From an uncultured Bacilli bacterium (GTDB lineage Bacteria; Bacillota_I; Bacilli_A; RF39; UBA660), in assembly GCA_934149465.1 (NCBI GenBank), contig CAKPEZ010000005.1:12646-76645 (forward strand): a stretch of 64,000 bases of DNA, written 5' to 3'. Shown piece by piece: positions 21,749 through 29,673 of this stretch. The notes beneath the pieces were generated by a model, which did no database searches, had not been told where the DNA came from, and was given only the letters and a program-made list of their open reading frames with translations. The translations under genes were made by a program, and so were the position numbers. The first letter of the stretch is position 1. Each line of letters opens with the position of its first letter.

Positions 21749-22093
21749 ATGGCTTATAGAAAATTAGGTAGAGACAATAAACATAGAAGAAGTATGCTTG
21801 CAACTTTAACAAAACAACTTATTATTAATGAAAGAATTGAAACTACTGAAACAAGAGCAAAAGAAGTAAGAAAATGTTTTGATAAAATGGTTACTTACGG
21901 AAAAAATGGTAGTTTAGTATCTCGTAGATTAGCACTTGCTTTCTTACATAATGATACCGAATGTGTAAAAAAAGTATTTGATGATTTAGCTGTTCGTTAT
22001 AAAGATAGAAATGGTGGATATACTAGAATTATCAAATTAGATGAACGTAGAGGAGATAACGCTTTAACTGTTATCTTAGAATTAGTTAAATAA
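21749..22093 (+). CDS. rplQ: 50S ribosomal protein L17
   Basis: [17 protein letters not shown]... translation. Confidence 0.97.
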   Translation: MAYRKLGRDNKHRRSMLATLTKQLIINERIETTETRAKEVRKCFDKMVTYGKNGSLVSRRLALAFLHNDTECVKKVFDDLAVRYKDRNGGYTRIIKLDERRGDNALTVILELVK

Positions 22094-22102
22094 TATAATT
22101 TA

Positions 22103-22135
22103 AGTTAGTACTGTAATAGTACTGGCTTTTTTTAT
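22103..22135 (+). terminator. rho-independent terminator ending the alpha operon
   Basis: AGTTAGTACT (22103-22112), GTAAT loop, AGTACTGGCT (22118-22127) with 2 G-U pairs, then T7. Confidence 0.65.
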
Positions 22136-22182
22136 ACTGAAAATCTCTTGATATACATTTATAAAAGAATACTATCTGATTT

Positions 22183-22197
22183 AAGGTTATAAACCTT
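22183..22197. promoter_or_regulatory. perfect palindrome AAGGTT-ATA-AACCTT (candidate operator)
   Basis: 6-3-6 inverted repeat read directly, about 110 nt upstream of the adhesin gene. Confidence 0.3.
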
Positions 22198-22204
22198 GTT
22201 TAAT

Positions 22205-22268
22205 ACTATTTTTTATTTTACTATCTATTTACTATTTTTATTTTACTATCTATTTACTATTTTTTAAT
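22205..22268 (+). repeat. tandem direct repeat, about 2.5 copies of a 25-26 bp unit
   Basis: ACTATTTTT(T)ATTTTACTATCTATTT at 22205-22230 and 22231-22255, with a partial copy from 22256. Five ACTAT boxes in total. Confidence 0.8.
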
Positions 22269-22307
22269 ATTATGATATCATTATATTTATAATAGAGGTG
22301 GGAATAG

Positions 22308-25300
22308 ATGAGTAAATTAAAAGAAAAAAAATATTTGTTTTTATCCTTAGCTATTGTTCTTGGTGTAACTTTAGTAATAACAGCAATAGCTAAAAATAGT
22401 TTTGCAGTAACTTATCGGTGTCCAAGTGGTTTTACACCTATTGCTGGTACTAGTGGTGCAATGTGTGAAAAAGCTGCAGATGTGGAGGAAAAAATTACTT
22501 ATTCTTGCAGTGAAGGAGAATTGCAAGTAAATAGGTGTTATATAACAAAACCTGCAGAGACTAAAACAAGTACAGAAACATATTATGGTACAATAGATCA
22601 TTATAAATGTTCTACTGGAAGCTTAGATGGTAGTGGGTGCTATGATTTTACTTCTAAAGAGTATTATTGTTCTTCTGGTACTTTGAGTGGTTCTTCATGT
22701 AAGCATTCGCAAAGAATGAATGTTAATTCATGTACTGGAACTTGCAGTAATACTATAAGTGATGGCGGAACAGTAACTTGTATGTGTACTTGGAAAACGA
22801 GTGCTAGTAAGAAATGTCCAAGTGGTTATTCAGAATATGCCAATGGTTCTACTTGTAGAAAGTCTGTTGGAAGTGCTACTGCTTATTATAAGTGTGATGA
22901 TGGAACTGTTTCTACTTCAAGAACTTGTACAAGAACTGTGTCAGCTAAGCAGTGTCCAAGTGGTTATACTGAAGTAAATGGAACTGGTGGTAATGTTTGT
23001 AGTAAGACAGTATCAGCTACTGAATCAATTAAATATAATTATAGTTGTAGTAGTGGTAATCTTAATGAATCAACTAAGAAATGTGAAATTGCAGCAGAGA
23101 GAATAGGGGATGAAAATAATTGTCCTATTGGTTCAGTAAAAGAAGGAAATACTTGTAGATGTACTGATTCTAATTATACATATAATAGTGCAAATAACAA
23201 ATGTGAAAGAAATTTAGATGCAGATTTTAATTTTGATACTGAACGTCCTTCTAATCCTGAATTTGTTAATTGGTGTAAAGCAAATGGAGGTTCTATTGTT
23301 ACTGTAGATTCTACTAGTAATATTGTAAAATGTATAAAATCTACTAGTTATTCTACTAATACTGAATATCCTGATACTTCTGAATTTAGACAGTGGTGTT
23401 CAAGCATCGGTGGTAGTATTAATAAAGTATCTGGTACTAATTTAGCAGTTTGTTATTCTAACATTACTTGTGGAACAAATGCTGCTTGGAATAACGCAAC
23501 TAAAAAATGCGTTTGTTTACCTGGATGGGCAGGAAATCCTACTACTGGATGTACTACTGATATTAGTGATACTAATAAAGATTATACAGATAAAGATGGT
23601 AATTTATTATGTACAGATGGATATTCTGAAAATGCCGATGGCATTTGTGTTAAGAACTCTGATTTCAGTGAATCTGGGGTATATTATATTAGTGGTGGTA
23701 AATGTAAGCCATATCCTGGATTTGATGGTTATTGTATTGAAAAAGGAGCCCCTTATAATTCTAGTGGTAGTTGTACAACTTTATCTGGAAAGGATGTTTC
23801 ATTGACTTGTGAACAGATTGCTACAGCTTATATAGGAGGTCAAAACTCTAGTAAAAATTATGCGGTTCAAAGTATTTTGAATGGTCGTACTTATTATACT
23901 GATAGTAATTGTACAAAAGCTATTAGTACAGCGTCTGTTAGAAGTGAAGCTGCTAATATATGTAAGGGTCTTAACTTTGGAGATACTACCGTTAGTGCTA
24001 GTGGAGCTAATTATTTGAATAAAAATATTTTAAATAAATTTACTAATTTGGTATCTATAAATAAATCTAACATTGCTAAGGTATCTTTAGATGGTGAGAC
24101 ATATTCAATGAAAAAGGGCTCTACAATGTGTATTAATGATAACAGTGGTACTCTTGGTATGTTCAATGTAACAAAAAGTGGTTCTGGTGATGCTACTTAT
24201 CAAATAGTTGGTAATAAATTTTGTATTACTGCTGGCCAAACAGAAGGAACAACAACGTTTACCTTAACTAGGAGTATTATTAGTGGTTCTACTACTACAA
24301 CTACTAAATATCTAGTTCCTGAAATCTGTTATAATAATAAATATCAAGATTATATTACTAATATTAAAGAAGTAACTGATATAGATGAAGTTCCTGAATA
24401 TTCAACTATCACTAAGTCCGTTAGTGTAATTGTTAGTGATGATGCTCAGGATCTTAAAGGTGGCTTTAAAATAATTAAGAAAAATAGTGAAGGTACTCCT
24501 TTAGAGGGAGTAGAATTCTTAATTGGTGAAAGTGTTAAAGATGGTCAAATAGTTAATCCTACTACTAAAAAGACTGATTCTAATGGGGAAATATTATTAG
24601 AAGATTTACCCGCTGGTAAAACGTATTATTATCAAGAAAAATCAACATTAACTGGTTATATATTGGATGATGAAATTAGAAGTTTAAAAATTAATGCTAA
24701 TGAAGTATTAGAAGTTACTTTGATTAACTATAGTCAAGAAAAAGGTGGCTTTAGAATATTAAAAGTAGATAACTTAGGTAATCCACTTAAAAATGTTAAA
24801 TTTAAAGTTGGTGAAAAATTAGATGGTACTGAAGGTGTTGACTGGAAGTATATGACTACTGGAGAAAAGGGGATAATTACTGTTGGTGATTTAGAATTAA
24901 ATAAGACATATTATTATCAAGAAGTAGAAGCCCCTAATGGGTATTATTTAGATGGTTCAGTTAAAGAAATAAAAATTAACGAGACAAAGATAGAAGAGAT
25001 TCCAGTAGTAAATGAAAGATATACTAGAGATGTTATAGTACGTAAGATATCAGAAGATGAGAAACCTTTAGCAGGAGCAATTATTGAAATATATAATGCT
25101 GCTGATAATACTTTGATTGAAACTGGTATTACTGATAAAGATGGAATTATTAAGTTTACTAATTTAACTTATGGAAATTATTATGCTTTAGAGAAAGAAG
25201 CCCCTAAAGGATATGAATTGAATGCCAAAAAGCATGAATTTACAATTACTGATCTTACTGATTCTTTATCTATTCCAATGATTAATTATAAAATTGATAA

Positions 25301-25412
25301 TCCACAAACTGCTGATTTACCTATTATTTTGATAATTACTTTAGGATTAATTGGTATTGGTTATGGTATTTATAAATATCGTATGATGAAATTAAATAAA
25401 GAGCAAGCGTAA
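22308..25412 (+). CDS. large Cys-rich cell-wall-anchored surface protein with three C-terminal Cna-B/SpaA-type domains
   Basis: Signal peptide (...AIAKNSFA). About 650 aa with roughly forty Cys in repeated modules (CPSG[FY][TS]...C.K and Y.C..G.L....C). Three GGF[KR]I.K...G.PL.GV.F...TD..G...L..G.YYYQE repeats at about 24450-25290. C-terminal NPQTA followed by a hydrophobic helix and KYRMMK. Confidence 0.85.
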   Translation: MSKLKEKKYLFLSLAIVLGVTLVITAIAKNSFAVTYRCPSGFTPIAGTSGAMCEKAADVEEKITYSCSEGELQVNRCYITKPAETKTSTETYYGTIDHYKCSTGSLDGSGCYDFTSKEYYCSSGTLSGSSCKHSQRMNVNSCTGTCSNTISDGGTVTCMCTWKTSASKKCPSGYSEYANGSTCRKSVGSATAYYKCDDGTVSTSRTCTRTVSAKQCPSGYTEVNGTGGNVCSKTVSATESIKYNYSCSSGNLNESTKKCEIAAERIGDENNCPIGSVKEGNTCRCTDSNYTYNSANNKCERNLDADFNFDTERPSNPEFVNWCKANGGSIVTVDSTSNIVKCIKSTSYSTNTEYPDTSEFRQWCSSIGGSINKVSGTNLAVCYSNITCGTNAAWNNATKKCVCLPGWAGNPTTGCTTDISDTNKDYTDKDGNLLCTDGYSENADGICVKNSDFSESGVYYISGGKCKPYPGFDGYCIEKGAPYNSSGSCTTLSGKDVSLTCEQIATAYIGGQNSSKNYAVQSILNGRTYYTDSNCTKAISTASVRSEAANICKGLNFGDTTVSASGANYLNKNILNKFTNLVSINKSNIAKVSLDGETYSMKKGSTMCINDNSGTLGMFNVTKSGSGDATYQIVGNKFCITAGQTEGTTTFTLTRSIISGSTTTTTKYLVPEICYNNKYQDYITNIKEVTDIDEVPEYSTITKSVSVIVSDDAQDLKGGFKIIKKNSEGTPLEGVEFLIGESVKDGQIVNPTTKKTDSNGEILLEDLPAGKTYYYQEKSTLTGYILDDEIRSLKINANEVLEVTLINYSQEKGGFRILKVDNLGNPLKNVKFKVGEKLDGTEGVDWKYMTTGEKGIITVGDLELNKTYYYQEVEAPNGYYLDGSVKEIKINETKIEEIPVVNERYTRDVIVRKISEDEKPLAGAIIEIYNAADNTLIETGITDKDGIIKFTNLTYGNYYALEKEAPKGYELNAKKHEFTITDLTDSLSIPMINYKIDNPQTADLPIILIITLGLIGIGYGIYKYRMMKLNKEQA

Positions 25413-25480
25413 AGTTTGTTCTTTATTTTCTTGTAAAAGTATATATTTGATGATAAAATTATAATGGAGAGTGGTTATTT

Positions 25481-26746
25481 ATGAATAAAAAAAAGGGATT
25501 TACTTTAATTGAATTATTAATGAGCATTGTTGTAATTTCTTTAATATTGGGTGCTGTTATGGTTTCTGTTCTTAGTTTAATAAATACTTCCAAAGTTAAA
25601 TCGTATACTTTATTTGAAAAAAATATTTTAGAAGCTGCTAATATATATGGAAAAGAATATAGTTTAGAGATTGATTATACCGATAATGCTGAACTTGGCT
25701 TTAGGACTGCATGTCTTCCAATTCAAGTATTAATAGATAAAGGTATTACAAAGAGAACTAGCTTGGTAGATAATTATATTAAAGAAGGTAATGAAAGTGT
25801 CTTTTTAATAATTAACTCAAATGGAATTCTTTCAGCTAATATATTAAAAGGAAAATGTGAAGACAACCAAGATATTAATCCAGTAGTTGATTTTAATTCA
25901 GATTTAGTAACTGCCAATAAAGTAAGTAAGGACTACGGAGAAAATGAAGATGATCTTCTTAAATATGTAAAAATAACTGATACTGGTGGAAGGAGCGGAA
26001 GAATATATATTTTACTTAATAATAGTGCTACTACATATATGAGTGTATCTTATGATAGTAGTGGAACATTTGAACAAAAAGTTAATGGAGATACTATAAC
26101 TAAAAATTTAAATAATGTTAAGGTAAATAAAATTATTTATAAATTAGTTCCAGACGCTACTAATAAAGTTGTATCTAAAACTTTAGATTATGAAGTATTA
26201 TCTTCAGTTCCTACTTTGGAGCTTACTAGTGATAGCTTGTCTTTTATAACTGGGGCGAATGTTAATTTATTAGATGGGGTTGTTTATGATGATCGAATTG
26301 TGTATAATAATAGACCATTAAATTTGAAAGTAGAAATTAATGGTAAGGAATCTACTAAGACTAGTGGAACTACTACTGATCTTGGACTTGCAATAGATAA
26401 TAATACAGTTACTTATACTGTTTCTAATATTTTTGAAAAAACTAATACTAAAACAAGAACATATACAATAAGAACAGCAACTGTAGTGCAGTATTCTACT
26501 GCTAATGAAGAAGAATATAGTACTCCTTCTTGTGGTAGTTGTGCTTGTGGTGCCCATGGAGAAGTAGTTTGTGTTGGTTGTGCAGTATGTCCTTGGGATG
26601 GAGTATCTTATGATACAGATACTAGATGTGGTACTTATAGTAATTGGAGTACTAATAAAGGAAGCGGTTCATGCTGTAGAAAGAGAACTTGTTCAATGGA
26701 TTCTAATGGTAATGTATATAACTGTAGTAATTATACTAGTTGTTAA
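25481..26746 (+). CDS. prepilin-type N-terminal cleavage/methylation domain protein with a Cys-dense C-terminal module
   Basis: MNKKKG|FTLIELLMSIVVISLILG class III signal, with Glu at +5. The C-terminal 75 aa hold about 14 Cys (SCGSCACGAHGEVVCVGCAVCPW...). Confidence 0.85.
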   Translation: MNKKKGFTLIELLMSIVVISLILGAVMVSVLSLINTSKVKSYTLFEKNILEAANIYGKEYSLEIDYTDNAELGFRTACLPIQVLIDKGITKRTSLVDNYIKEGNESVFLIINSNGILSANILKGKCEDNQDINPVVDFNSDLVTANKVSKDYGENEDDLLKYVKITDTGGRSGRIYILLNNSATTYMSVSYDSSGTFEQKVNGDTITKNLNNVKVNKIIYKLVPDATNKVVSKTLDYEVLSSVPTLELTSDSLSFITGANVNLLDGVVYDDRIVYNNRPLNLKVEINGKESTKTSGTTTDLGLAIDNNTVTYTVSNIFEKTNTKTRTYTIRTATVVQYSTANEEEYSTPSCGSCACGAHGEVVCVGCAVCPWDGVSYDTDTRCGTYSNWSTNKGSGSCCRKRTCSMDSNGNVYNCSNYTSC

Positions 26747-26818
26747 AGAGCATTCTAGAAATAGATTGTTCTTTTTTTATGTATATAACATATACTGGAA
26801 ATAGAAAGGAAGAGGATA

Positions 26819-27592
26819 ATGATGAGAAAAATTATACCATTTGAAAAAGAAATAGCATTTGATACTCCTATTAATGAGATTACTAGTATCTCTTTAGAGC
26901 ACACACTATCTTTAGAAGATGATAATGTTATTAGTGGAGATTTTCATATTAATGGAGAGTATAAAATTAGTGAAGTAAGTACAATAAAAGAGAAGTATGA
27001 TTATCATTTACCATTTTATATAGCACTTGATGCTCGTTATGATGTAAAAAATACTAAAATAGATATTGATAATTTTTATTATAAAGTTACTAATGGTAAA
27101 TTAAGAGTAAATATTGATGTTTATATAGATGGACTTGTTAAAGAAGAAGCTCCTTTAGAGGAAAGATGTTATGACTTACAGGATATTCCTATTATAGAAG
27201 AAAAAAAGGAGGAGGTTAATGTTATGGATGAAGTAAAAAGTGAAGAAAAAGATTTACCTGCTAAAGAGATAGAAGTAGAGGTAGAAAGTCCTACCACTAA
27301 AGTAGAAGTTCCTTTAGAAAAGATTGAATCATTTATTGATGAAAGGAAAAACGATATGGATAAAGTACTTGAAGAAATGCTTCAAAATAGTGATAAAAAG
27401 AGTTTTTTTGATAGTTTAGATGGAAATGAAACTTATTCTAGTTATTATGTTTATATTGTAAAAGAAGAAGATAATATTGATAAGATTTTAACTAAATATA
27501 ATATTAGTAAAGAAGATTTGGCATCATATAATGATATAAGTAATATTAAAGTTGGAGATAAGCTTATTATTCCAGAAGTAAAAAATGAATAA
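26819..27592 (+). CDS. SpoVID-like spore morphogenesis protein (C-terminal LysM)
   Basis: The N terminus (ITSISLEHTLSLEDDNVISGDFHINGEY) resembles the B. subtilis SpoVID N domain as I recall it. Acidic middle region. C-terminal LysM (YYVYIVKEEDNIDKILTKYNIS...GDKLIIP). Confidence 0.55.
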   Translation: MMRKIIPFEKEIAFDTPINEITSISLEHTLSLEDDNVISGDFHINGEYKISEVSTIKEKYDYHLPFYIALDARYDVKNTKIDIDNFYYKVTNGKLRVNIDVYIDGLVKEEAPLEERCYDLQDIPIIEEKKEEVNVMDEVKSEEKDLPAKEIEVEVESPTTKVEVPLEKIESFIDERKNDMDKVLEEMLQNSDKKSFFDSLDGNETYSSYYVYIVKEEDNIDKILTKYNISKEDLASYNDISNIKVGDKLIIPEVKNE

Positions 27593-28481
27593 TGATTATC
27601 GATCTTTACTTAGAAAATATGAATTACATCCTAAAAAGGTTACGATTTATAAAAATGCTAAAGTATTTGATACTAAGGAAGGAACATTCGTTTTTAAAAA
27701 GAGAAGACAAGATTTAACTAATACTTATTCTTATTTGCATTCTCGTTCTTTTGATTATTTTCCTAAATTAGTAAATAAAGATGATGAGTATGATATTTAT
27801 GAATATGTTAATGTAGTAGATGAGCCTTTAGAACAGAAAGCTTTAGATGTTATTAATATTATTAGCATCCTTCATTCTAAGACAACTTTTTTTAAAGAGG
27901 TAGATTTTGATGATTATAAGTCTATTTATGAGAAGATAGTAGAAGAGTTAGAAGATACTTTTAATTATTATAATAATTTAATGGAATATGTAGAAGGAGA
28001 TATTTATATGTCTCCAGCTTCTTATTTATTAGCAAGAAATATAAGTACTTTGTATTCTGCGTTAGAAAAAAGTAGAACAATACTTGAGAAGTGGTATGAA
28101 CTTATTAAAGATAAGAAGAATATGCGAGTTGTAAATATTCATAATAATATGGATTTATCTCATTATTTAAAAGATCGAGATAAATCTTATTTTGTTAGTT
28201 GGGATAAGAGTAAGATAGATATGCCTATTATTGATCTTTATGTTTTTTATAAGAGGCATTACTTGGATTTTGACTTTATTGATTTACTTGATGTTTATGA
28301 GAGTAGATATCCTTTATTAAAAGAAGAGAAGCTTTTATTTTATGCTAAAATTTTAATTCCTTGGAAAATTAATTTTAATGATTTAGAATATAATTTATGT
28401 ATTAAAGTTCGAAATCTTTTTGATTATCTATATAAAAGTGATGAGTTAACTAAATATGGCAAACCAGAAACAACTAAGTAG
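27585..28481 (+). CDS. YsxE/CotS-family (kinase-like) spore coat protein candidate
   Basis: Overlaps the spoVID-like gene by 8 nt, matching the known B. subtilis spoVID-ysxE order. Degenerate aminoglycoside-kinase-like motifs (IHNNMDLSHYL, WDKSKIDMPIIDL). Confidence 0.5.
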   Translation: MNNDYRSLLRKYELHPKKVTIYKNAKVFDTKEGTFVFKKRRQDLTNTYSYLHSRSFDYFPKLVNKDDEYDIYEYVNVVDEPLEQKALDVINIISILHSKTTFFKEVDFDDYKSIYEKIVEELEDTFNYYNNLMEYVEGDIYMSPASYLLARNISTLYSALEKSRTILEKWYELIKDKKNMRVVNIHNNMDLSHYLKDRDKSYFVSWDKSKIDMPIIDLYVFYKRHYLDFDFIDLLDVYESRYPLLKEEKLLFYAKILIPWKINFNDLEYNLCIKVRNLFDYLYKSDELTKYGKPETTK

Positions 28482-28652
28482 GGCACAGTATTCAATAAGT
28501 AAGATAAAAACGTTTATTCTAAGAGGAAGGAAGATTAATATTATTATTTGATAGAAGATAACTGTTGCTAGAATGAATGAGAGGATTAGACAAAGAAGAC
28601 GTAATCCAGTACATGTAGAAGCAAAATTAAAAAATCTATTCATGATATTCAC
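28446..28652 (-). CDS. possible small two-helix membrane protein (68 aa)
   Basis: AGGTGA SD 5 nt before the ATG. The product is very hydrophobic. It converges on and overlaps the ysxE-like 3' end by 36 nt, and could be spurious. Confidence 0.25.
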   Translation of the reverse strand: MNIMNRFFNFASTCTGLRLLCLILSFILATVIFYQIIILIFLPLRINVFILLIEYCALLSCFWFAIFS

Positions 28653-28734
28653 CTAGTATAGGTTATGTTTTTTTAAGAAAAGTGTTATAATTAATTATAT
28701 TGATTATTTTGTTCTAATTTTGTTTAAAAACTGC

Positions 28735-28763
28735 TTGACAAAAGGGAAATAATCTTATATACT
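28735..28763 (+). promoter_or_regulatory. sigma-A type promoter of infC-rpmI-rplT
   Basis: TTGACA (28735-28740), 17-nt spacer, TATACT (28758-28763). Confidence 0.55.
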
Positions 28764-28868
28764 ACATTAAGAAACGGAAAGAAGATGTGTTGATCTCACC
28801 TGAATACCTTTTTATGGTGTTGGGTTAAAAAGCCACTTACGAATTGGTATAAGTGTTTTTTAGGTGAA
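28764..28868 (+). promoter_or_regulatory. L20-leader-like attenuator upstream of infC
   Basis: Locally GC-rich leader ending in the hairpin CACTTA...TAAGTG plus T6 (about 28834-28860), just before the infC SD. Its position matches the Firmicute L20 leader. Confidence 0.5.
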
Positions 28869-28913
28869 TACATATTCTTTATGTATTCATTTTTGTTTAC
28901 GGAGGTGTTAGAT

Positions 28914-29435
28914 ATCGCAAGTAATTTTGAAAATCCTATAAATGAACAAATTAGATATAGGGAAATGATGGTAATTGGTCCTAGTGGTGAACAACTTGGA
29001 GTAAAGAAGAAAGAAGATGCATTAACTTTAGCTGGTTATGCTGGTTTTGATCTTGTTTTGATGAGTGATTCAACTACACCAGTTGTTTGTAAGATAATGG
29101 ATTATAGTAAATTCCGCTATGAGAAGAAAAAGAAGAGCAAGGAAGCTCAAAAACGTCAACGTGAAGCTAATGTTGAAGTTAAGGAATTTAGACTATCAGT
29201 AGCGATAGATGTTCATGATTTTAATACTAAAGTAATTAATTCTCGTAAGTATTTAGAAAAGGGTAATAAAGTTAAAGGTAGTATTAGATTTAAGGGAAGA
29301 CAAATTGCTCATCCTGAATTAGGTAAAGAAGTTCTTTTGAAGTATGCAAATGCTTTGAGTGATGTTTCTGAAATAGAACAACAACCTAAATTAGATGGAA
29401 AGAGTATGACGATAGGACTAATGCCTAAGAAGTAA
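28914..29435 (+). CDS. infC: translation initiation factor IF-3 (probable non-canonical ATC start)
   Basis: INEQIRYREMMVIGPSGEQLGV is IF-3. The GGAGGTG SD (28901-28907) lies downstream of the track ATG (28881). The first in-frame codon at proper spacing is ATC 28914. Confidence 0.85.
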   Translation: MASNFENPINEQIRYREMMVIGPSGEQLGVKKKEDALTLAGYAGFDLVLMSDSTTPVVCKIMDYSKFRYEKKKKSKEAQKRQREANVEVKEFRLSVAIDVHDFNTKVINSRKYLEKGNKVKGSIRFKGRQIAHPELGKEVLLKYANALSDVSEIEQQPKLDGKSMTIGLMPKK

Positions 29436-29449
29436 TAGGAGGAATAGTT

Positions 29450-29653
29450 ATGGCAAAAGTAAAGAAAAATAAAATGAAAACTCATAAAGGGACTAAGAAA
29501 GTTCTAAATATTAGAAATAGTGGTTCAATCACTATTGGTCATCCAGGTTCAAGACATAATACTGGTAAGAAAAATGCTAAGGCAAATCGTGAAAAGAGAA
29601 CAAGTAGTACTTTAAATAATTCTGATTTTAAAAGAATTAAGAGTATTATATAG
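29450..29653 (+). CDS. rpmI: 50S ribosomal protein L35
   Basis: KMKTHKGTKKV...DFKRIKSII translation. Confidence 0.95.
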   Translation: MAKVKKNKMKTHKGTKKVLNIRNSGSITIGHPGSRHNTGKKNAKANREKRTSSTLNNSDFKRIKSII

Positions 29654-29673
29654 TGTAGAAGGAGGAAGAAGTC

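Noticed and set aside
22205-22268. Could the tandem repeats at 22205 or 39750 be a CRISPR array?
   Set aside because: The copies are directly adjacent with no spacers, there are only 2-3 of them, and no cas genes are nearby.
22322-25500. A8 homopolymer tracts near the 5' ends of the adhesin (about 22324-22331) and pilin-like (about 25488-25495) genes as phase-variation switches
   Set aside because: They arise from consecutive AAA Lys codons, which are very common in this AT-rich genome (for example A8 in rpsN at 14366). There is no evidence of frame-shifted alleles in the window.
22371-26804. Internal or antisense ORFs in the surface-protein genes (22371-22601, 23470-23805, 26318-26557, 26571-26804)
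   Set aside because: They are embedded in, or out of frame with, long genes that have clear domain structure. Their products are low-complexity and hydrophobic.
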